Under the pieces are notes generated by a model. That model was given only the letters and a program-made list of their open reading frames with translations. It did no database searches and was not told the DNA's origin. A program made the position numbers and the translations under genes. From positions 2,336,001 through 2,400,000 of the forward strand of contig OY776215.1 in NCBI GenBank assembly GCA_963675495.1: a stretch of DNA of 64,000 nucleotides, in the 5' to 3' direction. Shown in pieces: positions 17,451-30,867 of this stretch (its first letter is position 1; each line of letters begins with the position of its first letter). This stretch comes from an uncultured Methanolobus sp. GTDB lineage: Archaea > Halobacteriota > Methanosarcinia > Methanosarcinales > Methanosarcinaceae.

Positions 17451-18573
17451 TCTTCTTCAATACTTCATTTATCCGAGCTTCCACCAATTCATCAACCTTT
17501 GATTGCATAAGTTGGGTGAGCTTCTCATCCGTCGTCTTTATTTCAGTATCCATCTTAATTGCAGTTTCCATGTCAAGGACCATTGAACAACTACTACAAT
17601 ACTTGGAGTCATGTGGGTTGAGGCTTTTACAACGTGGACATTCGATTGGTTTGAGTTCAAGTTTCTCTTTTTTGACCTCATCCTCTATAATGCCGTAAGA
17701 GGCCAGTAATTTCTTTTCAACATCCTCTCCTGATAGGTGGATGTATGTAGCGGGCATCTTGGAATCAGCTTCCCAGCCTGCAATGATCCTCAGTTCTGTT
17801 TCCTTGAAACCACGCTTGACAAGGTCGGTGAGCTTCCCATGCCTAAATGCATGTGGGTGTATGTTCTTCTTGACTCCTGCATCATTTGCTACTGTCTTTA
17901 GCATGTTCTGAACTGTACGGATATCAAGTTTTTTTGGTTCTTTTCCGTTATTTCTGAATGTGACAAATAAAGGAGCATTGGGGTCATCTTTGTTAGGGTG
18001 CTGATTGATCCATGCTTGAAGGTCAGGAACTGCTTCAATGAGTCTTATTCTTCTCATTCCTGTCTTACCTTCTACAACTATCACAGCTCCATATTTGTCT
18101 ATCTCTACATGTCCTAGGTTCAGGTTGAGTATTTCGTTAGCTCTTGCGGCACTATCCCAGAAGGTCATGACAATAGCTCTATCACGTTGAGTCTTGCAGG
18201 CGGGTACTAGTTTCTTCACATCCGCCGGCACAATTATTTCCTTAGTGGGCAAGTGGTTCTTAGGACTGCGGGTCTTGATATCTTCGAAAAAAGCATTATC
18301 TGGATTTAACCACTTGAAGAAAAGCCTCAGGTCAACTATGTCGTTGTGGACTGTTTTTGGCTTATTGTTTTTTCTTCTATGCAGAATATAGCTTTCTATA
18401 TCTTTTTTTGTGATTTTATTAATGTTTTTGTTATTGTGGTATTTTAGGAAGGTGTAAACTTTCCATAGTTTTGTGTTGATAGTTGTTTCTTTGAAGTTGT
18501 TGAGACCAAGGCTCCTGGCATAGTCATCCAGTATCTCTTTGTTCTCTCCTTCAGTTTTGGGTGCATATTTCAT
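17434..18573 (-). CDS. Tyrosine recombinase/integrase with C-terminal zinc ribbon
   Basis: SAARANE (R), GKTG (K), HPHAFRH, AGW, catalytic Y in ATYIH; CPRC...CSSC; starts about 50 bp inside attR. Confidence 0.95.
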   Translation of the reverse strand: MKYAPKTEGENKEILDDYARSLGLNNFKETTINTKLWKVYTFLKYHNNKNINKITKKDIESYILHRRKNNKPKTVHNDIVDLRLFFKWLNPDNAFFEDIKTRSPKNHLPTKEIIVPADVKKLVPACKTQRDRAIVMTFWDSAARANEILNLNLGHVEIDKYGAVIVVEGKTGMRRIRLIEAVPDLQAWINQHPNKDDPNAPLFVTFRNNGKEPKKLDIRTVQNMLKTVANDAGVKKNIHPHAFRHGKLTDLVKRGFKETELRIIAGWEADSKMPATYIHLSGEDVEKKLLASYGIIEDEVKKEKLELKPIECPRCKSLNPHDSKYCSSCSMVLDMETAIKMDTEIKTTDEKLTQLMQSKVDELVEARINEVLKKISVSD

Positions 18574-18623
18574 ACTATGTAGTATGCTTTATACAGTTAT
18601 AAATATTACGTGACCCTGTAAGT

Positions 18624-18636
18624 AGGGCTTAGGACC
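18624..18636 (+). repeat. attR core (13-bp direct repeat)
   Basis: AGGGCTTAGGACC, identical to 3821-3833. Confidence 0.9.
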
Positions 18637-18678
18637 CTGTCTCGTAGGAGTTCGTGCGTTCGAATCGCACCTCCCGCA
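18624..18678 (+). pseudogene. 3' half of host tRNA-Leu(UAG) (contains attR)
   Basis: AGGGCTTAGGACCCTG-TCTCGTAGGAGTTC-GTGCGTTCGAATCGCAC-CTCCCGCA; CTCCCGC pairs with GCGGGGG at 3791; upstream sequence lacks D-arm and acceptor strand. Confidence 0.93.
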
Positions 18679-18729
18679 TCATACTTTTCATTTTAGTAGT
18701 TCAATTCCATCTTTAGTTTCTATTCATTC

Positions 18730-19923
18730 TCATGAGATATGCATATCAAGACAGATTGAATCTACTATATTCATATCTTCATCAAAAAGCGCTAGTTCGA
18801 TACTATAATCTTCATAAGATAGAGTCTCAAGCTGATTGGAGTAATTAATTCCTTTTGATACATTACTAAATGGGGTTACACTTAGGCTTATTTTAAAAAA
18901 GAATTTTTCTACTACTTCTCCAGTGGCTTTATTGATTAGATTGCTTTTGACAAAGTAATCTTTTTGTGTTGCTGTAGGATTCGATACTGTGAAGTAGATA
19001 GACATAGAATCAAGAGAGGAAGTTTCTCTTTCCATCTCTGTATTTCCTTTTTGAATTATGTGGTACCCACCTTCATATCTGCCATCGAAACGTAGTAAAC
19101 CGATGTCTTCCGGATTCTTTCTGTTTGCAAAGTTCAGGCAGCTATAGTTATTGTTGGTGCGGTCGGTTACATATATGGACCCTTTTGGTGAGCTATCTGG
19201 TGCTTCATCCATTATCTCTATTGTAAAGGCCATATTTGTCGGCGCTATATTACTGACAAGTTTGTCATTAAAATCGCGCCAGTTGACAGGTACTGAAATA
19301 TGCCCTCCATCGAAGCCAAACAGATCTCTGGTAGTTGCACCGCTTGGGTCTGTGAGGTAGATGTATTCTTCATCGTATCCTACTGCAATAATTGCATGAC
19401 CTTTTTTTATACCTTCGGAATTTTCATACTGGAAAGCCATGAGTATTGGCTGATCTCTGTCTATATTGTCCTTTATAGCATTATTGAATTTTTCAACATT
19501 GAAATCACCAATGTTATATCCCCATACTATTTTCCTGGTTTTCAATGAAGAGAATTGCTTTGCACAATCTTCCAGTGAATTGTCATATGGGTTATATTGG
19601 CCTGAAAATGTGTCATTGTGGCCGGAATCAAAATATTCTGCCATCTCCCATGGTTCTATCTGGTAATTATTGTAGTTGAGAATCATTGAAAGGCAGTAGT
19701 AAAGGCACCAGTTTGTATCTCCTTGATTGTAGTATGGCACTGCCAGGACGGTATTTTCATATGGTGTTAGCTCAGAATTTCCGGATGAGTTTTCGGTTAT
19801 TCCTTCGGTTGGTGCAATATTGCATATAAGCAGTATAATAACAAAGGCTATTGTAGCTGTTACCTTTGCTGTAAAAGCAAAGCTAATTCTCCGAATAATG
19901 TCTGGATCCCCCGATCCGCTCAT
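18730..19923 (-). CDS. Secreted C39-family (papain-like) peptidase domain protein
   Basis: N-terminal hydrophobic segment; VPYYNQGDTNWC, GHAIIAVGYD, LTDP. Confidence 0.8.
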   Translation of the reverse strand: MSGSGDPDIIRRISFAFTAKVTATIAFVIILLICNIAPTEGITENSSGNSELTPYENTVLAVPYYNQGDTNWCLYYCLSMILNYNNYQIEPWEMAEYFDSGHNDTFSGQYNPYDNSLEDCAKQFSSLKTRKIVWGYNIGDFNVEKFNNAIKDNIDRDQPILMAFQYENSEGIKKGHAIIAVGYDEEYIYLTDPSGATTRDLFGFDGGHISVPVNWRDFNDKLVSNIAPTNMAFTIEIMDEAPDSSPKGSIYVTDRTNNNYSCLNFANRKNPEDIGLLRFDGRYEGGYHIIQKGNTEMERETSSLDSMSIYFTVSNPTATQKDYFVKSNLINKATGEVVEKFFFKISLSVTPFSNVSKGINYSNQLETLSYEDYSIELALFDEDMNIVDSICLDMHIS

Positions 19924-20206
19924 ACTCCATTTGACTCCTGGTCTTGTTTTTAAGGTTATATGTTAAGATCCATCACAGGATGGTCTGCAAACATAATTCT
20001 ACAATGCAGATACACATTGCACACCTGTCTTCAATTTTTTCAATCATGTTTGTTGTTATATATAGCTTGTTGCTAGTGAAAATCTACTAATTATTATTAT
20101 CATAAGATTGATTATTTACCACTATGCAACTGTTGCGTATCAATGGGTTATTTATGGTTTTGGGGAATAGAAAATATTATGTATAAAGGTGTTTTTCTAA
20201 CTTAGT

Positions 20207-22453
20207 GTGTCAGGAGATAATGAAATACGTGTAAGTCTGAGCAGAGACTTAACCCTCTTTGATATAACAATGATAGGTATTGCCGGGATGATAGGGGCCG
20301 GTATCTTTGCTCTGACTGGCATTGCCACCGGAATTGCAGGTCCTGCAGTCCTTCTTGCGTTTCTGCTAAATGGTATCGTTGCAACTTTTACAGGGCTTGC
20401 CTATGCTGAACTTGGTTCTGCCATTCCTGAAGCTGGTGGGAGTTATCTCTGGGTAAAAGAGGGTATTGGAAATCATTTCGGATTTCTGGCAGGCTGGATT
20501 GACTGGGCGGCTCATACAATTGCATGTTCTCTATATGCCGTCACATTCGGCGCATTTTTTTCCGAGTTTATAATTCATTTTTTAGGATATGATGGGATCT
20601 CACAGGGCACTTTGATCAGCAGCTCTGCATTTATGATTGTTACCCTTATGGCGTACCTTAATTATCTTGGTGCAAAAGAAAGCGGACGGATTGGTGGTAT
20701 GGTTACTCTTTTCAAAGTTGCTATCCTTATAGTGTTCGCTTTTTTTGGTATTTATAAAACATTCCTCACACCTGACTGGTCTGCTGCATTTCTTGCAGAT
20801 CCCTCATTCCTGCCTAATGGCTTTGGTGGTCTTCTCGTTGCAATGGGTCTTACATTCATAGCATTTGAAGGGTATGAGATAATTGCTCAGAGTGGTGAGG
20901 AGGTCAAGAATCCGGAAAAGAACATACCTCGAGCTATATTGTTGTCGCTGTGGGTTGCTGTTATTATATATATACTGGTGGCATTTGCTCTTATAGGTGC
21001 CATTCAAGTGGATGGACCAAGCTGGATATATCTTGGAGAGCTTGGTGAATTCAGTATGATACGGGTTGCAGATCAGATAATGGCATTCGGGTCTGTCCTT
21101 ATTCTTGCAGGTGGTTTTGTTTCTACGATAAGTGCCATGAATGCTACTGTTTATTCTTCTTCCCGAGTTGCGTTTGCTCTTGGAAGGATGGGTTATCTGC
21201 CAGAAGCTCTTTCCAGGATCAATGAAAAGAGAAGAACGCCTCATTATGCTATTCTTTTCAGTTACTTCATTATTGTATCTATGACGCTTGCACCTATCGA
21301 AACTGTTGCTTCTGCGGCGAACGTAATGTTCCTTATTCTCTTTATTCTGGTCAATTCCGTACTTATTATACTACGGTTTAGGCGACCTGATCTTAAAAGG
21401 GCCTTTAAGATGCCTTTTGCTCCTTATCTTCCTATAATTGCAATAGTTGTTCAGATTGCTATTGGTTATTATCTTGTAACTGCGATAGAACACACTACTT
21501 TTATTGCAGGGATAACTATATTCTGGATACTTGCTGGTTCATTTTTCTATTTCTCTTATTCTGAAAAAGAGATGAAGAAGCGCGTAAAAGGTCTCAGAAG
21601 GAAGGTCTATGAGGAAAAACCATTTGCTGAAATGGGTTATAAGATCCTGGTTCCTGTGAAAAATATCGCTACTGCAGGGGACCTTGCTAAGCTTGCCGCT
21701 ATGGTTGCAAAAGAAAAGAATGGTCACGTCGTTTTCCTTAAAGTGCTAACATTTCCGGAACAGACTCCTCTTTCAGCAACCGATTCTTATGTAGAGAATA
21801 AAAGATCTTTGATAAGGGGCCTTATTGATTCGGTGGATGTGCCTGCTGGTGGTATAATTAAAGTAGGGAGGGATGCTTCAGATTCGATTCTTGATACGAT
21901 CGAAGAGGAAAAGCCGGATATGATAATTATGGGTTGGAGAGGCAGGACATTCCGCCATGATTTTGTGCTTGGAAGCACGCTGGATCCTATTCTCCTAAAA
22001 GCTCCATGTGATGTTGTTGTTGCCAGATTTGAATCTGGTCGTAGTCTTGGGAATGTTAAAAAGATATTGTTGCCTACTGCAGGTGGCCCGCATGCAGCTC
22101 TGGCTGCTGAGTTGGCAAAGGACCTGGCAGTTGCTGAAAATGCCAGTGTTACACTGCTTAATGTGGGTAAGTCAGCTGATGATGAAGCCAGGGCATTTGC
22201 AGCATTCAGGAATCTTGTGGGCTTCTTTGAAGGGGTAGAGACTACTGAGAAATTCGTAGTTTCAGGCAATATCGAAAAAGGTCTGTCTGCTGAGGCTGAA
22301 AAGCAGGATGTTGTGTTCATAGGTGCTACTACAAGGCCTTTCCTGAAGAATTTCCTGATGGGTGTTTTCCCTGAAAAGATAATTAGCAATACTGATAAAA
22401 CTGTGATAATGACTCGTAAATGGATTACACTCAGGGATGTCCTCAAAAAATAA
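20207..22453 (+). CDS. APC-family amino acid permease with two C-terminal USP domains
   Basis: GMIGAGIF, YAELGSAIPEAGGSY, GEEVKNPEKNIPRAI; KILVPV and KILLPTAGGPHA USP domains. Confidence 0.92.
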   Translation: MSGDNEIRVSLSRDLTLFDITMIGIAGMIGAGIFALTGIATGIAGPAVLLAFLLNGIVATFTGLAYAELGSAIPEAGGSYLWVKEGIGNHFGFLAGWIDWAAHTIACSLYAVTFGAFFSEFIIHFLGYDGISQGTLISSSAFMIVTLMAYLNYLGAKESGRIGGMVTLFKVAILIVFAFFGIYKTFLTPDWSAAFLADPSFLPNGFGGLLVAMGLTFIAFEGYEIIAQSGEEVKNPEKNIPRAILLSLWVAVIIYILVAFALIGAIQVDGPSWIYLGELGEFSMIRVADQIMAFGSVLILAGGFVSTISAMNATVYSSSRVAFALGRMGYLPEALSRINEKRRTPHYAILFSYFIIVSMTLAPIETVASAANVMFLILFILVNSVLIILRFRRPDLKRAFKMPFAPYLPIIAIVVQIAIGYYLVTAIEHTTFIAGITIFWILAGSFFYFSYSEKEMKKRVKGLRRKVYEEKPFAEMGYKILVPVKNIATAGDLAKLAAMVAKEKNGHVVFLKVLTFPEQTPLSATDSYVENKRSLIRGLIDSVDVPAGGIIKVGRDASDSILDTIEEEKPDMIIMGWRGRTFRHDFVLGSTLDPILLKAPCDVVVARFESGRSLGNVKKILLPTAGGPHAALAAELAKDLAVAENASVTLLNVGKSADDEARAFAAFRNLVGFFEGVETTEKFVVSGNIEKGLSAEAEKQDVVFIGATTRPFLKNFLMGVFPEKIISNTDKTVIMTRKWITLRDVLKK

Positions 22454-22852
22454 AGGCAAAAAGAGGAAATATTCTCTCGATTTCCTCTTATTTTGCCTAA
22501 TATTTTCGTATTTTTACTAGAATAGTCTTTTTTTATTGCAAGTCACAATTGTTATTCTATGTTTGTCCGCAACCTTTTTATATTAGCCTTGACTTGTAGG
22601 GGTGCTCTCACTGAGCCCAATGATGCGGCCAACGCATCAGGAAAATATGCTCTGTGGGAACAGATCGATGAAGTACTAATTTCATTTCATCAGGCAGGTG
22701 TTACAAAGGTTCCTTCTTTGTCTTCGAATCTCTTGATTCGGAAGGTATATATAGGATGGCGACCTTTGAAGGAGTCCGCGTGAATGCGCGAAAACACTTA
22801 CAATCACCGCCTTTTATTAAGTGGAGGCAAGAGTTCTTTCTTGTCTGACGTT

Positions 22853-22887
22853 GGATTTGGCAGTTCGATTAATTCTGGCCGGTAGTG
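22853..22887 (+). other. 5' strand of the 16S processing stem (bulge-helix-bulge)
   Basis: GGATTTGGCAGTT-CGAT-TAA-TTCTGGCCGG pairs with CCGGTCAGAA-ATCG-AAA-AACTGTCAGATCC at about 24526-24555. Confidence 0.75.
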
Positions 22888-23017
22888 TATAATATACTAC
22901 CATATAAGGAATTAATCAACTAATGTGCAAAGTAAAGAAATTCTCTAGTGAGAGTTCTTTCCTAAAAATTCCTTAAATGACTTCCAAAATGCATTAAACT
23001 TTTGTGTGAGATCAACA

Positions 23018-24492
<1,475 letters not shown>

Positions 24493-24596
24493 AAGCAAGA
24501 TGGACACAAAGTCCATCACCACTAACCGGTCAGAAATCGAAAAACTGTCAGATCCGAGAAAAATTACATGGATTCACTGTAAAAGGGGTCCAAGAG

Positions 24597-24669
24597 GGGC
24601 TTGTAGATCAGTTGGAAGATCGCCGCCTTTGCAAGGCGGAGGCCTTGGGTTCGAATCCCAACAAGTCCA
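24597..24669 (+). tRNA. tRNA-Ala (UGC) in the 16S-23S spacer
   Basis: Acceptor GGGCTTG/CAAGTCC with G3:U70; CCGCC-TTTGCAA-GGCGG; TTCGAAT T loop. Confidence 0.97.
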
Positions 24670-24796
24670 TTATTAGTGCACCTGAAGAGTAATTTCTTCG
24701 GGGAAGGATGAAGTGGCTGAAGCAACGACAGCTGCAATGAGATCGTGTATATGCATGCATATATCAGACGCTCACTGGACAAAGTGAGATGGACTC

Positions 24797-27711
<2,915 letters not shown>

Positions 27712-27815
27712 GTCCGTCTTGCTTTGTCCAGGCGAAATCTGATATGTGCATGTTTAATATACGCAATCTTATGGTAAAGTATAAATTCAATGGATTCAAT
27801 CATGAATCGCTCATT

Positions 27816-27887
27816 GCCAAGGTGGCGGAGCGGCTACGCAATCGCCTGCAGAGCGATTCCATTCCGGTTCGAATCCGGACCTTGGCT
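27816..27887 (+). tRNA. tRNA-Cys (GCA)
   Basis: GCCAAGG/CCTTGGC+U73; ATCGC-CTGCAGA-GCGAT; TCCGG-TTCGAAT-CCGGA. Confidence 0.97.
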
Positions 27888-27912
27888 TTACCATTTACAA
27901 TTCATCATGAGA

Positions 27913-28038
27913 GAGATTGGCGGCCATAGCGGCGGGGCAATTCCTGTACCCATCCCGAACACAGAAGATAAGCCTGCCAGCGTTCCTTACTGTACTGAAG
28001 TATGAGAGTCTTCGGGAACTCTGGATCGCTGCCAACTC
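27913..28038 (+). rRNA. rrf: 5S rRNA (ends approximate)
   Basis: TTGGCGGCCATAGCGGCGGG...CCCATCCCGAACACAGAAGATAAG...CGCTGCCAA. Confidence 0.95.
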
Positions 28039-28209
28039 ACTCAACACTAACTACTAACTTTCTTTTTCTACAATGATTTTAACTTGAACTAATCTATTTT
28101 TTTTCTGGTATTATTGATTCTTACAATCTTTTATTGCTTTTTTGATTGTGCATGCATAGGTATAATTCTTTACATAATACATTTATACAATAATGATCAC
28201 AAATTCATT

Positions 28210-28584
28210 GTGACTGATGAAAAGCAGAAGATATTTCAAAAACTAAAACAATTACTTTCTACTTATGTACCACCTCTAGTTATTACTAGAGATGAGGGCA
28301 AAAGGTTCGATCTTTATGGGGATAAAAATGTTATTATTGATGGCAGGATGTATGAACAGGTCTACTTTGCATCCACGATCATATGGAAACACCATGTAGG
28401 ATTCTACTTTTTTCCTGTTTATTCGTATCGTGAAAAGTTCCTTGATACGCCTGACCGGTTAATGAAATTACTCAAGGGTAAATCATGTTTTCATCTAAAG
28501 AATTATGATGATTCCATTTTCGTAGATATTGAAACAATTCTTGAAAAGGGTCTTCAGATATATGTTGATGAAGGGTGGGTATAA
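28210..28584 (+). CDS. DUF1801/YdhG-like hypothetical protein (start uncertain)
   Basis: YFASTII.KHHVGFYFFPVY and LLKGKSCFHLK pattern; probable GTG start at 28210 within ORF 28114-28584. Confidence 0.65.
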   Translation: MTDEKQKIFQKLKQLLSTYVPPLVITRDEGKRFDLYGDKNVIIDGRMYEQVYFASTIIWKHHVGFYFFPVYSYREKFLDTPDRLMKLLKGKSCFHLKNYDDSIFVDIETILEKGLQIYVDEGWV

Positions 28585-28683
28585 TCGATTTCATCTGTTT
28601 TAATCGTATAAATAAACCAAAACCACGCTTCACGTGGCAGTAATTCATAATCAATTAAATGAGTTGCCAAAAAATGGTTGTTT

Positions 28684-30120
28684 TCATTTCTGCGTGGTAA
28701 CAATGACATCTTCTCCAAGTACTCTTCTTTGTGCCTCACGTTTTGCAACTTCAATGAATTCTTCATTAGCACTTTTCTTTCCGTCCACCCATTTATCCAT
28801 AACAACACATGTGACAAGGTCTCCTGTAACATTGACCGCAGTGCGGCTCATGTCAAGGATTCTGTCAACTCCTATAATAAGTGCGATACCAGCAGTGGGT
28901 ATTCCTACACTGGTTAATATCAGGGCAAGGATAACAATACCTACTCCTGGCGTAGATGGAGTGCCTATCGAGGCTCCTACTACAGTGATCATTATCAGCA
29001 CTAATTCACCGAAGCCAAGGTCTATTCCAAACACCTGTGCAAGGAAAACAGCCGCTATGCTCTGGTAAAGGGCTGTACCATTCATATTTATCGTAGCGCC
29101 AAGGGGAATGACGAATTGGGATATAGATGGTCTGACCCCTATATTTTCCTCAGCCGTCTTTATTGAAAGTGGCATAACTGCAGCAGAACTGGATGTGGAA
29201 AATGCGAGCAACAATACATCTCTTATTGAATTCATAAAATTGACCGGATTTTTCCCAGTTACTATCAAGATGACCATCATATAGAATATGAGCATCATCA
29301 ACAATCCCAACAAAACCGTACCCACATAGACCAACATTCCCATTAAGGCATCAATTCCAAGATTTATTGTGAATTTACTCATTAGTCCAAAAACCGCAAT
29401 TGGGGCAAGCAGCATACTCCATTTGACAACTGTCATGCTTACTTCCTGCAAAGAACCTAACAATTCTAACATCGGTTTTGATTGCACAGGTGACATTGAA
29501 ACAAGAGCCACACCTATGATCACAGAGAACAGGACTACCTGGAGCATATCTCCGGTTGCAAGTGATCCCAATGGATTGGTTGGTACAATGGTAGTTATCA
29601 TGCTAGGAAGCTCAGAAACACCAGGTGTGGTCATGTCATTACCTGCTAGCTGTGTTGTATCTGACATCATTGTATCCTGGACAAGCTCGCTGCTGATGTA
29701 AGTTCCAGGATTTATTGTTAATGCAAGGGTAAGTCCGATGAGTATTGCAAGTGCAGTGGTAACAAGAAAATAGGCAACTGTACGAAGTCCTATCTTTTTG
29801 AGTTGTTGCATATCTTCACCAGATGCAATTCCCCTTATAATGGATGCAAAAACAAGCGGTACAACTATCATCTGGAGAAGTGCGAGGAATAAATAACCAG
29901 GTAATGCCAGCCATTCACCAATGGTGTACGATATTTCCTTGCTCAAAATGCCAGTGGTAGGACCAAGTGCAAGTCCGGTGACAATTCCCAGCATCATCCC
30001 GATGAGGATCTTTAACCATAGTCTGGTTTTTACAAGTTCATGCAGATGATGACTCAAATGCTTTAATGAACGCGGATGAATAAGCGAGAGGGGGTCTGGT
30101 AATTTATACCTGCTTGACAT
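28684..30120 (-). CDS. Dicarboxylate/amino acid:cation symporter (DAACS, GltP-like)
   Basis: AFSTSSSAAVMP, PLGATINMNGTALY, DRILDMSRTAVNVTGD. Confidence 0.93.
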   Translation of the reverse strand: MSSRYKLPDPLSLIHPRSLKHLSHHLHELVKTRLWLKILIGMMLGIVTGLALGPTTGILSKEISYTIGEWLALPGYLFLALLQMIVVPLVFASIIRGIASGEDMQQLKKIGLRTVAYFLVTTALAILIGLTLALTINPGTYISSELVQDTMMSDTTQLAGNDMTTPGVSELPSMITTIVPTNPLGSLATGDMLQVVLFSVIIGVALVSMSPVQSKPMLELLGSLQEVSMTVVKWSMLLAPIAVFGLMSKFTINLGIDALMGMLVYVGTVLLGLLMMLIFYMMVILIVTGKNPVNFMNSIRDVLLLAFSTSSSAAVMPLSIKTAEENIGVRPSISQFVIPLGATINMNGTALYQSIAAVFLAQVFGIDLGFGELVLIMITVVGASIGTPSTPGVGIVILALILTSVGIPTAGIALIIGVDRILDMSRTAVNVTGDLVTCVVMDKWVDGKKSANEEFIEVAKREAQRRVLGEDVIVTTQK

Positions 30121-30186
30121 AGCAGTAAATTAAACTCAATCTTTAAATGGGTTTACGTTTTCTTCCTAAGAGCAAAATATTTTTTT

Positions 30187-30720
30187 TTATTTTTTTCGGA
30201 GTATACTTTCATCTATTGGATAGTATTCTGTGGCTGAGTTGATTAGTTCCACTGCTGTGTTTCTTTCAAAAGAATGGACTTCAACACGCACTCCACAGGC
30301 TTTAAGGTGATTTACAAGGGCTGTGAAATCCCCATCACCACTGACAATCACAACAGTATCTACTTTTTCGGATATGGCTATTGCATCAATAGCTATTCCC
30401 ATATCCCAATCACCTTTAGTTGATCCATCTGGTCTTATTTTGAGTTGTTTGGATCTTAGTTCCCATCCAAAGTTTCTTAAATGGTATTTGAATCCTGATT
30501 GATCAATGTCCTCAGTTTCGACCAGATAGGCAATTGCTCTTACAAGTTGTCTGCCTTTGAGTACTGTGGCGAGTAATTTTTCATAATCCAAGCGGCTGTC
30601 TGAATAATTGTTTCTTGCAGAATAGAACATATTCTGTACGTCAGCAAACACGGCAATTCTCTGGCTTCTGAATATATTTTCTTCATCGTAATCTGTATTA
30701 ACCATGGTTTGCTTCTCCAT
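30187..30720 (-). CDS. NYN-domain (LabA/DUF88) protein
   Basis: VFADVQN, KGDWDMGIAID, VSGDGDF. Confidence 0.9.
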   Translation of the reverse strand: MEKQTMVNTDYDEENIFRSQRIAVFADVQNMFYSARNNYSDSRLDYEKLLATVLKGRQLVRAIAYLVETEDIDQSGFKYHLRNFGWELRSKQLKIRPDGSTKGDWDMGIAIDAIAISEKVDTVVIVSGDGDFTALVNHLKACGVRVEVHSFERNTAVELINSATEYYPIDESILRKK

Positions 30721-30867
30721 CAGAAATTCTGTATGTTATCCTATATATCGTACTCCTATCTAAAAGTATAGTTGCCTTCATATATTGTAGTGATATTTGA
30801 ATTGGGAAAGCATTTATGCCATTTGAACTTTATATCTTTATCTTCTTTACTTTTTAGGAGGAATAAT

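Larger units (their letters stand above)
3821..18636. mobile_element. Integrated plasmid-like element / defence island (14,803-bp predicted circle) inserted in the tRNA-Leu(UAG) anticodon arm
   Basis: 13-bp direct repeat AGGGCTTAGGACC at 3821-3833 and 18624-18636; tyrosine integrase next to attR; split tRNA halves at both ends; cargo of R-M, HEPN and Roco genes. Confidence 0.93.

Noticed and set aside
3821-18636. Provirus or conjugative element
   Set aside because: No recognisable capsid, membrane spike, packaging ATPase, VirB4 or VirD4 genes; a plasmid-like or mobilisable element fits better, though a satellite lifestyle is not excluded.
3791-18678. Trans-spliced split tRNA, or the element acting as a giant tRNA intron
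   Set aside because: The break is near the canonical 37/38 intron position, but I could not form a bulge-helix-bulge at the exon junctions or find long complementary leader/trailer sequences. The 13-bp duplication and adjacent integrase explain it as an integration.
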